A stretch of DNA of 53,315 nucleotides from a virus (taxonomy: Duplodnaviria > Caudoviricetes), in the IMG/VR virus record IMGVR_UViG_3300030519_000023, positions 1 to 53,315 of that record; one strand, written 5' to 3'. The notes beneath the pieces were generated by a model. It searched no databases, had not been told where the DNA came from, and saw nothing but the letters and a program-made list of their open reading frames with translations. Below are positions 17,505 to 25,800 of the stretch, in pieces (positions within the stretch are counted from its first letter, which is position 1; every line of letters starts with the position of its first letter). The position numbers were made by a program, and so were the translations under genes.

Positions 17505-20251
17505 ACCGTCACCCCTTTCTTAAACTGGTCAACGGAATCAACGAAGGTCGGGTCAGGAGGGAGCATGAGCAATTCGAGTTTCATCGTTTTCCCGTCAGAA
17601 GCCTTACCCTTGCTTAATATCATAAACCGCTGCCCGGGGAGGGTCGTGATCTCCTGTTCGCTGGACATGCTATGGGATCCGTAGGAATCCATGGCCTTGG
17701 CTCCTTCAGCATAGTGAATCTCCAGGAGGAGGTCGCTCCCGAAGTGCTTATGGCTGCCCCAGTCCTCGCCCTTGGAACAACACATAGAATCGGTATTCTG
17801 GAAAAGCAATCCCGGCTCCGCCTGTTGAAGCTGCTTGGCCATGGTAGAGGGAATGTCCATCCAGCGCCAGAGACGGGCCCCTTCGTGCTTCGGAATGGCG
17901 TATTCGTAGCTCTCTTTGATTGCCAATTTGATGTCAGTCCCGCCATAAGAAACGTCATTCCCTTTGAAGTGGTGATTAATCGAACCGGTGGATTGGACGT
18001 TGCTGATGTAGGACTTCAGGTTCTTCGGCATCTTCTCGTATTGGGAATAACCCAGTTTCGCCTCAGCCGGAGTAACGTTGCTTCCGGCGTTCTTGGGTCT
18101 GAAGTCTTCTGGGTTTGCCACGCTGCCAAGCAGCATGAAGTATCCGAGAACCTCGGAGCTATCAATGTTATCGGTGTTCTTACCGAACGGTTTGGATGGG
18201 AAGGCATCTGAAAGGCCAGAAACATCCTCTGCCTGAGCAAGGGAGTAGGTCTTCAGCTTCTCAGAACCAGGGTTTGCTACCACATCCATGTAGGCAACGA
18301 GACCGGACCAATACTGTTTGACATGAGTGCTGGGATGCTGTTCGATGGGGATCAGCTTGGATTCCCCAGTCCCCTTGTCGACTAGATGGACCTGTAAGTT
18401 CTTCAACCGAACCAGGTCCCCCTTCATGGCCGCCCGGTGGACCTCGGCGGCGGCCTCCTGATTCGCTTCGTTGACCTTTTGGGTTGCAGAAAGTCCCTTC
18501 CCTTGGCCGTTCCAGTCGAGGAAGTCGGGCGGCTTGGGAATCTGAGCTTTATCCACCGGGAGCCTCTTTGGGTCAGGCTTGGGGGGATGAGCGATAGCCT
18601 CGGCCTCCGGGAACTGCTTGGCGAGGTAGTTTTTCCGGGCGATCAGCTTGGCCGACAGGGCGGCCTTTTGGTTGTCGTCTCCGGGGCCAAAAAGCTGGAC
18701 TGCCTTGGCGATAACGTCGTCTGGCATTTCCAGTACCGGAACCATGCTCTGGTTCATCTCCTCCTGAGTCATGGAGCCGAAGACGGAGGCAGACTGGGGA
18801 TTCTTGACCGCATCCTTCAGTGTGTGGATCTCGGGGACAGTGTTCCCGAAAGCTGGCCCCTTCTGGCCGCCCTGTGCCCGGAAGTCCAGAGCCCCGCCGG
18901 GGTCGATCCGCACAGCCTTTCCGTCGGGACCGACCAGCAGGTTGTCATAACCCAGGCCGACCACATCCCAATTCGCCAGCCACGCGTCGGCGCCGAACCC
19001 TTCCTTGACCCCGGCTTTTGCCCCCAGAGCTTCCCCGTCGCCGACCTTTGCCAGGCCCTCTTGGAAAGCAGAGGCGATCCCAAGCTTTCCGTCCTTCTGG
19101 ACCAGCTTCACCTTGGGGGCACCGATGCCCATCAGGTCGTAGAACTTGGCGGCCAGCATTTCACTCTTGGCCTGATCCTCGCTCCCTGGGAACTTGATAT
19201 ACCACTTCTTGCCGAAGGCGTCCTCATACAGGCCACCCGGGTTCGATCCCTTCTGTGGGCCAATCTGCTTGAATGGGAACGCCTTGGGAAGCGGGGCTAC
19301 CTTGGGAACCACCGTGGCCGGTCCCTTCTTCTCGACCAGCTCCCACCGATGGTTAGCGTTCAGGACGTAGGTCTGCCCGTTCTCCAGCTTGGTATCGCCG
19401 ATCTTGGGCCCCGTCTGGTCGCCCATCCCCTTGAACTTGAAGGCATCCTTCCACGACTTCTTGCCCCACAAACCAGGGACCGCCGTGAAGGTCATATCCT
19501 TGCCGTCCGCCTTGAGCTTGATCCCGCCGTCGACGGCCGGGTTGTTGACGACAGAGTAGGTGTCGCCCCCGTACTCGAATTGCATTCCCTCTTTAACCTG
19601 GGAGAATGCGGGGTGCGACCCGATAGTCGGGGTCTTGTCCGCCTTGGGCTTGGTTGGAGCCTTCCCGACGGCCACCTGGGCTTCCAAGTGAGCCGCCAGG
19701 GCCAGGTATTCATCCTTGGGCACCAGGTAACTCTGCTGCTTCTTTTTGTATCCGGCTGGGTGCATTGCCGCAATGGCTTTGGCTACGGCCGCCTTCATCG
19801 GGGTGCCGTCGTCGTTCTTCTTGCTGACCATGAAGAACTTTCCGCTGGGCGTCGAGAGGTGGACGTAGAACCCGCCGAGGTTGGCAGAATGCCCCTTGCC
19901 GATGGCCTGGAGCTGATCCACAAGGCTGGGCTCGGCCGCCTGGGGCTCGGTCGTTGCTGGAACGGGATCCGGCTCCGGCTGCGCCTCGTCACCCCCAAAC
20001 ATCTTTTCAAAGTCCCGGTCCACGTCGAACGAAACGGCTCCATGCGGGGGGGCGGCTGCCTCTCGGGGGGGCTCGGTGCCCTTGGGTGCTATGGTGGTGG
20101 CACCGGGTTCCTTCGGCGACTCCTGGGCGTCGGGATACATCCTCGCAAAATCATCGTCCGTGGTTCCCTTGACCTCGTAATCCCGCCCCTTGACATGGAC
20201 GAGCTGGCCGTGGACGGTGCGGTAGAAGTCTTTCCCGTGATGGAGGGCCAT
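17501..20251 (-). CDS. Effector: PI3/PI4K- or HipA-like kinase domain plus C-terminal R-S-E ADP-ribosyltransferase
   Basis: Kinase: GPQKGSNPGG, WYIK, SEMLAAKFY, WLANWDVVGLGYDNL, RIDPGG. ART: RLWRW...SMCCS...SEQEITTLPGQRF. Confidence 0.75.
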   Translation of the reverse strand: MALHHGKDFYRTVHGQLVHVKGRDYEVKGTTDDDFARMYPDAQESPKEPGATTIAPKGTEPPREAAAPPHGAVSFDVDRDFEKMFGGDEAQPEPDPVPATTEPQAAEPSLVDQLQAIGKGHSANLGGFYVHLSTPSGKFFMVSKKNDDGTPMKAAVAKAIAAMHPAGYKKKQQSYLVPKDEYLALAAHLEAQVAVGKAPTKPKADKTPTIGSHPAFSQVKEGMQFEYGGDTYSVVNNPAVDGGIKLKADGKDMTFTAVPGLWGKKSWKDAFKFKGMGDQTGPKIGDTKLENGQTYVLNANHRWELVEKKGPATVVPKVAPLPKAFPFKQIGPQKGSNPGGLYEDAFGKKWYIKFPGSEDQAKSEMLAAKFYDLMGIGAPKVKLVQKDGKLGIASAFQEGLAKVGDGEALGAKAGVKEGFGADAWLANWDVVGLGYDNLLVGPDGKAVRIDPGGALDFRAQGGQKGPAFGNTVPEIHTLKDAVKNPQSASVFGSMTQEEMNQSMVPVLEMPDDVIAKAVQLFGPGDDNQKAALSAKLIARKNYLAKQFPEAEAIAHPPKPDPKRLPVDKAQIPKPPDFLDWNGQGKGLSATQKVNEANQEAAAEVHRAAMKGDLVRLKNLQVHLVDKGTGESKLIPIEQHPSTHVKQYWSGLVAYMDVVANPGSEKLKTYSLAQAEDVSGLSDAFPSKPFGKNTDNIDSSEVLGYFMLLGSVANPEDFRPKNAGSNVTPAEAKLGYSQYEKMPKNLKSYISNVQSTGSINHHFKGNDVSYGGTDIKLAIKESYEYAIPKHEGARLWRWMDIPSTMAKQLQQAEPGLLFQNTDSMCCSKGEDWGSHKHFGSDLLLEIHYAEGAKAMDSYGSHSMSSEQEITTLPGQRFMILSKGKASDGKTMKLELLMLPPDPTFVDSVDQFKKGVTV

Positions 20252-20254
20252 GGT

Positions 20255-22885
20255 CTACTCCATCTCTTTCAGTTTGGTCATGGCCTTTTTGGCGTAGCCG
20301 GCCCATTTCTGGCCGAAGTCGCCCCAGGACGGCCCTTCCTCGGATTTATTCGGGAGCCCCTGCTTTGCCTTGTGCCCGGCGACGAGCGCCAGGTGCTTGG
20401 CGTGTTGGACGTAGCTCTCCAGCTCTTTCTTGCTGGGGGTGTAGCCGGAGTCCTTGGTGATGGCGAGGTGGGTATCGCTCAATCCGTCCATGATGGGTTT
20501 GGTCGCGGCATCCCAGTCGTGTTCGTGCCACTTCTCCGAGGGAGGCTTCGGCATGAACGGATCGGGCTTGACTGCGACCTTCGGCGTCTGGCCAAGAGAA
20601 TCAGCCATCTTCCCGTGATATTCGGCCAGGGCGGCATGAGCCTTGGCGGCTGCGGTATGGCTGCTCTGGAGGTGCGCCGGCCCAGGCTTGATGGGGGTAT
20701 CGGTCAGGTTGAAGGAATTGCCAAGTTGGGCGTGATACACCCCAGCCTTCCCATGGGCTCCGGCCGCCTTCAGGTGTGATTCGGCATCTCCCATGTTCGC
20801 GGCATTGCCGGAGGCATACTGGGCAGCCTCGGAATAGGCGTGAGCATCACTGGCATGTCCGGTGGCCTCGGGGTGATGCGCCGTGATCTTTCCGGCGAGG
20901 TCCGAGATAGCATGGGCCAAGTCGCTGGCTCCGCCCGGGGTTGGATTATCTTTGAACCCGGCCCCGGCACCCTTCACGACGCCCCTGGCCTCCTGCACCT
21001 GGGGGTGGGCTTCTTCCCAGTCCAACACGTCGGTATCGGGCATGACCTGGGCGTTCTTGGTTCCCCACTCCTTGGCCGCCTTCTTGATGCTCTCGATGAC
21101 TGCGTTCCCAGAGACGCCCAGGTCTTTGGTGTGCATCTTGCCGTCGGCGAATTCATACCAGACCTTCCCGCCCGGATAGGAAAGGCCCGCCTGGAGGTGG
21201 TCCTTGGCGTTGAAGTAGATCCGATGCTTGGCTCCCTTGGTCCACTCCTTGCCGACCCCGGCCAGCTCGGCGACGGTGGGCATGGATCCCCCGCCCTGCT
21301 CCTCCGGGTGCTGCTCGATGGCCAGCTCCCAGTGGTGATTTTCGTTGAGGACGAACTGCTTCCCGTTCTCGGTCTTGGTATCGCCGACCTTCGGGCCGTC
21401 CTCGTCCGGGACCAGGGCGGCAGCATTGGCCGAATGCCAGCCCATTTGGTAGCCCTTCATGGCGTCGATGTTGCTCCCGACCGGGGCGCCAGGCTTGAGC
21501 TGGGAGTCCATGAAATCTTTGTTCTCGCTTGGGATCACAGAGAGCCCCTTGGCGTGAGCCTCCTGGCCCATCTCGTAGGCCGACTTGGGTTGGGCCGCAA
21601 GGTATGCGGCATCCCCGGCCGCATCCTCAACCTCGCCTTCGGCCTGTTCGATGGCGAATCCTACATGCTTTGCCTTGGCGGCAAGGTGCTGGGCGGCCTT
21701 CTCTTGGTGGTAGTCCTTCAGTTTCTGGCTGATCGGAAGGTCGGCGTCCAGGATGGCCTGGTGAGAATTGGCAGCCGCATCATGGGCAGCTACGGCCGCG
21801 CCATGCTCCGTGGAATTGTGCTTGGAACTCACGGCATGGAACGTGTCGGCTTCCTCGGATTGAGCCGAGGCCAGCCCCGCTCCCTTATGGTATTTGGCCA
21901 TCTGGTTGTGATAGGCGGCATTCGAGAAGTGTTCCTTCTGTGCGTCCCCTTCGCTACCAATCGCCACCTTGGCCTGAGCCACGGCGGCATCCTGATGGGC
22001 CTTTACGGCGGAATCGTGGGTCTGGACATCATCCGTCGGGGAATAGCTGTAGGCGTCGGCCTCCTCGCTGGCTTCCTTGGCTGCTAGGGCATCCTCGGAG
22101 ATGCCGGTCACCTTCACCGGCTCCGGCACGGGGGCCTCCTTGGGCACCTCTGCGCCATGGAGGACCGCCATGACCTTGGCCGCCACCTCGCCGCCGGCCG
22201 CGCCATGCCCGAAGAAGAAATGTGGAAAGGCCGAATCGTTCCCGTGGTGGACCGCTCCGCCCTGCTTGGGCTCCATGGTCTCGCCGGTCACCTTGTAGAT
22301 GGCCTCCTTGATGGCGTTGGCGTCGGCCTTGTTCGCCGCCCGGAGATACCAACCCTTGTTCTTGTTGACGCCCATGGCGGTGCGCTCCGCCAGGGACGCC
22401 ACCTTGGCCCCTTCGGGAGCATGGCCCTCGGTCCACTTCGTCTTGCCCTCGTGGACTGCGTAGTGGCCGACCTTCTTCCCCGCCTTGGCTGGGGGCTGGG
22501 CGGCATGAACCGCGTCATCGTAGGCTGCCACCGGGACCAGCTTGCCGTTGGACTCTCGGAAGGTGGCGTCATGGTGGGACTTGCCGATGGGCCTCTGTTC
22601 CAGGATCGTTCCGTTCGCCATGTGCTTCACTGGCCTGGTCGCCATGGTCGCGGCCAGGGGGCCCGACATGGCTCCCCCCATCGAACCGGCGCATTTGCAA
22701 ACCAGACTGGAGCCCTCGTCCGGGTCCATCCCGTCGTCCACGGCGTCATCGAACGCCTTCAGGAGGTCCCGGCCTTCGTCCACGTCCTCGGGCTTCCGGC
22801 AGAAGTTCTTGGGAAGGCATTTCGCCTTATAGTAGGCACCGGCTTTCATGGCCAGAGCATTGGCATGGTCCTTCTTGATGGCCAC
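20255..22885 (-). CDS. Large His/Ala-repeat internal virion protein
   Basis: GTG with GAGGAGG RBS; RDLLKA and RPIGKS sites; tag; AHxxAAxxH repeats; modules shared with neighbouring genes. Confidence 0.7.
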   Translation of the reverse strand: MAIKKDHANALAMKAGAYYKAKCLPKNFCRKPEDVDEGRDLLKAFDDAVDDGMDPDEGSSLVCKCAGSMGGAMSGPLAATMATRPVKHMANGTILEQRPIGKSHHDATFRESNGKLVPVAAYDDAVHAAQPPAKAGKKVGHYAVHEGKTKWTEGHAPEGAKVASLAERTAMGVNKNKGWYLRAANKADANAIKEAIYKVTGETMEPKQGGAVHHGNDSAFPHFFFGHGAAGGEVAAKVMAVLHGAEVPKEAPVPEPVKVTGISEDALAAKEASEEADAYSYSPTDDVQTHDSAVKAHQDAAVAQAKVAIGSEGDAQKEHFSNAAYHNQMAKYHKGAGLASAQSEEADTFHAVSSKHNSTEHGAAVAAHDAAANSHQAILDADLPISQKLKDYHQEKAAQHLAAKAKHVGFAIEQAEGEVEDAAGDAAYLAAQPKSAYEMGQEAHAKGLSVIPSENKDFMDSQLKPGAPVGSNIDAMKGYQMGWHSANAAALVPDEDGPKVGDTKTENGKQFVLNENHHWELAIEQHPEEQGGGSMPTVAELAGVGKEWTKGAKHRIYFNAKDHLQAGLSYPGGKVWYEFADGKMHTKDLGVSGNAVIESIKKAAKEWGTKNAQVMPDTDVLDWEEAHPQVQEARGVVKGAGAGFKDNPTPGGASDLAHAISDLAGKITAHHPEATGHASDAHAYSEAAQYASGNAANMGDAESHLKAAGAHGKAGVYHAQLGNSFNLTDTPIKPGPAHLQSSHTAAAKAHAALAEYHGKMADSLGQTPKVAVKPDPFMPKPPSEKWHEHDWDAATKPIMDGLSDTHLAITKDSGYTPSKKELESYVQHAKHLALVAGHKAKQGLPNKSEEGPSWGDFGQKWAGYAKKAMTKLKEME

Positions 22886-22895
22886 GGGGCCTCCT

Positions 22896-23879
22896 CTACT
22901 TGTCCAGGTTCAACAGGGACTGCCGGCGAAGCTCCAGGGCGGCCAGGGCGATCTTGTCGCCGCCGACCCGGGACTTCTGCTTTTCCAACTGGCCCAGCCG
23001 GGCGTCGACGTAGGACTTCATCATCTGGCGGCTGTTGGCCTCGTCCTCCTGGTCCCCTTGGGCCTTGGCAACTCCCCGGTCTGCCTTGGAATATTTGGCC
23101 AGGGCTGCATTCATCTCGGACGCTGGGACCTTGGCATCACCAGCTTTACCCTTGTGGTAGCGGCTGGCCTCATGGTGGGCCAGCCATGCCTTCTGGTGCC
23201 CCTCGTTGCCCTCCGTGGGGGGATGGACCTTCCCGTCCATGTCCTCGTACCCATCGCTATCCTCGGTCGCCTGGTTATGGCTCATTTCGGCAGCCAGGTG
23301 AAGCGAATGGGCGATGTAATGGTCCTTCTGGCTCCCGGTACGGTCTGCCTCCTGCGATGCGCGGTGGGCCGTCTGTGAGTAGCCAAGCATTTCTTTTGCG
23401 TCACGCCCCTTGACGGCTTCGGCGGCAGCGATAGCTTTCCCGCTGGGCGACTCGTCGGTGACCTTCTCCGGCGCCTTCTCTTTGCCTTCAGCCTTGGTCT
23501 CCGGCTGGACTTCCTTGTCTACCGGCTTATCCAGCTCGGTCTTGGCCGGGGCGGATTCGCTCCCTGCCTTCAGATGGGCATGGATCGCCGTGGCGTCCTG
23601 GAGGCTGGACACATGATGGTGGTCATAGGCGCCGACCCGGCCGAAGTGGCTGGCCCCGGATCTTCGCTTCTCTGTCTTGATGTCCAGGTGCTTGGCGGCG
23701 GCCTCGATCTGTTTTCCGTCTTCGGCGTCGGATGCCCGGAGGTAGTGGGTTCCTGACTTGTGCTTGCCGATGGCGGTTCGTTCGTGCAGCTCCGCCGGGC
23801 GCCCCTGCCCTTCGCCACCCTCCCCCACGTAGACAGTCTTGCCATTGACGACGCGATAGTAGCTCTTGTGGTGGCTCAT
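22896..23879 (-). CDS. Tagged internal virion protein, partial paralog of 20255-22885
   Basis: AGGAG RBS and ATG at 23879; MSHHKSYYRVVNGKTVYV; shared LxERTAxG...YLRA module. Confidence 0.7.
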   Translation of the reverse strand: MSHHKSYYRVVNGKTVYVGEGGEGQGRPAELHERTAIGKHKSGTHYLRASDAEDGKQIEAAAKHLDIKTEKRRSGASHFGRVGAYDHHHVSSLQDATAIHAHLKAGSESAPAKTELDKPVDKEVQPETKAEGKEKAPEKVTDESPSGKAIAAAEAVKGRDAKEMLGYSQTAHRASQEADRTGSQKDHYIAHSLHLAAEMSHNQATEDSDGYEDMDGKVHPPTEGNEGHQKAWLAHHEASRYHKGKAGDAKVPASEMNAALAKYSKADRGVAKAQGDQEDEANSRQMMKSYVDARLGQLEKQKSRVGGDKIALAALELRRQSLLNLDK

Positions 23880-24005
23880 CGGATACTCCTGAATCCCGAT
23901 TGGACCCCGAGCGGAGGGCTTCATCCGTTCCATACCCAGTGCTACCAGCCACCTATGGCGTTGCCCATAGGACTTTAGGGTGCCCTTTACCTTGACTCTC
24001 CAGGC

Positions 24006-24866
24006 ATGGGCACCTCCGTTCTTACTCCCGGCCTGGAGACTCGCGGAAGCGGGGGGCACGGAGTCTGCCTACAGTTCGAGCGTTCCGTCTTCAAGGCCCA
24101 GGCCGAAGTTGAGGGTGGCCAGCGGGTCGTCTACCTCGAAGCCAGCACTGAAATCCGGGACATGCAGGGCGACCGGATCCTGCTCTCTGCCCTCGAAGCG
24201 TCCATTCCCTACTTCCTGAAATATGGCCGGCTCGACCTGGACCATGCCTCCGTTCTGGGGCAGATTCGGGGCGTCAAGGTCAACCCCTACGCTTTTGAAA
24301 TCGGGCGTCCTCTGGATGTGCGACTGCGTGATGGCTCCATCTGGGTCAAGGCCGCCATCTATACGGCCGGAGAGGGAAACCGGTTCACTGAAGCCGCCGA
24401 CCTTTTCTGGGACTCCCTTCAATCGAAGCCTCCCGTCATCTGGTATCCCAGCGTGGCCGGCGATGTCTATGCCGAAGAAACCACCTCCGAAGGTGGCCTC
24501 CCCACTCAGGAAGTGCGCGGCATCCGGTGGCACTCCATCGGCCTGTCCCGGACCCCGGTCAATACCGCTGTCGGTTCTGTCACCACCATGCCGGTTCGCG
24601 CCTTCGCCAAAGCATTCTCCGGCCTGGCCGACCTGAAGGACACCCTGGGCTCCCTGGCCCCCGCGCTGCCCTCTCGCGGCCTCGCCACGGCGGCCGGGAA
24701 GGTCCCTGGCGCCGATGACCCCATCTATATCCGCCTCGCCATGGACGCCCTCCTGGAGGCCACGGAGGCGGGTGGCCTGGATGGCTACCTAACCCTCGCC
24801 ACCGAGCGGGGAGTGCCCGCCGATGTGGCCATGGCCCTTCTCGTCGTCCTTCTCTCTCGTCGCTGA
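24006..24866 (+). CDS. Prohead (maturation) protease
   Basis: YLEASTEIRDMQGDRI..., LDLDH, EIGRP, PSVAG; lies upstream of scaffold and capsid genes. Confidence 0.82.
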   Translation: MGTSVLTPGLETRGSGGHGVCLQFERSVFKAQAEVEGGQRVVYLEASTEIRDMQGDRILLSALEASIPYFLKYGRLDLDHASVLGQIRGVKVNPYAFEIGRPLDVRLRDGSIWVKAAIYTAGEGNRFTEAADLFWDSLQSKPPVIWYPSVAGDVYAEETTSEGGLPTQEVRGIRWHSIGLSRTPVNTAVGSVTTMPVRAFAKAFSGLADLKDTLGSLAPALPSRGLATAAGKVPGADDPIYIRLAMDALLEATEAGGLDGYLTLATERGVPADVAMALLVVLLSRR

Positions 24867-24882
24867 ACCAAGGAGCCAATTC

Positions 24883-25749
24883 ATGAGTGCCCTTTCCGAT
24901 CTGCAAACCGCCGTGCGCTCCATCCTCAAGGGGATCAAGGAGGATCCCGCCAAGAAGGTCGGCGGCAAGGCTCCCGTCCCGACCAATCCCGGCGATCCCG
25001 ATGAACTCCAGCCCGATCCCCGCGTCGGCGATGCCTCGCCCACGAAGGCCGATGCCACCAAGGCCAAGGCTGATGCGGAGCCTGAAACCGACGGCGAAGC
25101 GGATCCTGAAGCGGATCCCGAAGGCGAGGACGGCGAAGTCAACCCTCCCGCAACCACCAAGGAAGAAGAAGGCGGCGAAGGCGATACCACTACCACGGGG
25201 GAGGAGGGCGACGACCCTGAGAATCCCCAGCGCCCCGGTGCCAAACGTCCCGTCGCCAAGGGCTTCGATGAATTCGGCAACCGCGACCTGGAGCCTGGCG
25301 AAGTCCGGTCCCTCCTAAAGGCCCTGGAATACGGCGTCACGCCCCCCATGACCCAGGACAAGCTCCTGCACGAGGGCGAAAACCTCAAGGCCGTCCTGGA
25401 CGACATCCTCAAGTTCCTGACCCATGCCGCCCAGAAGATGGAAGGCCACGACGTCATCATGGGCGACATTTTCGCGGAGCTGGACCGCCTCAAGAAGGGA
25501 TCCGATGTCCACGACCGGGAGATTGCCAAGGCCCTGAGCCTTTATGGCGATCCCACCAAGGCCCCCGCCGAAGCCCCCCGCGCAATCTCCAAGTCCCTGG
25601 TCCTCCCCTCCACTCCTCCCGCTGCCCCGGCTCTGCCCGGAGCCGACGTGGCGAACGAAATCTACTCCGCCCTCAAGGCCGGAAAGATGACCAACGCCCA
25701 GGCGATGCAGCGGTGCCGGGAGACACGGGCCGCCGCGTCGGTCCAGTAG
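24883..25749 (+). CDS. Capsid scaffolding protein
   Basis: Acidic low-complexity N-terminal half plus coiled coil; five RxPhixK[SAG] sites; lies between protease and capsid genes. Confidence 0.7.
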   Translation: MSALSDLQTAVRSILKGIKEDPAKKVGGKAPVPTNPGDPDELQPDPRVGDASPTKADATKAKADAEPETDGEADPEADPEGEDGEVNPPATTKEEEGGEGDTTTTGEEGDDPENPQRPGAKRPVAKGFDEFGNRDLEPGEVRSLLKALEYGVTPPMTQDKLLHEGENLKAVLDDILKFLTHAAQKMEGHDVIMGDIFAELDRLKKGSDVHDREIAKALSLYGDPTKAPAEAPRAISKSLVLPSTPPAAPALPGADVANEIYSALKAGKMTNAQAMQRCRETRAAASVQ

Positions 25750-25800
25750 TGCCGCCTTTCAACCTCAACCCCTTTTCGGCCTAAAGGCCAGGAGTTACCG

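Noticed and set aside
18437-20779. Long antisense ORFs (780 aa here; also 10886-12472, 25795-27261, 38396-40279)
   Set aside because: Shadows of GC3-biased real genes on the opposite strand; no motifs or RBS.
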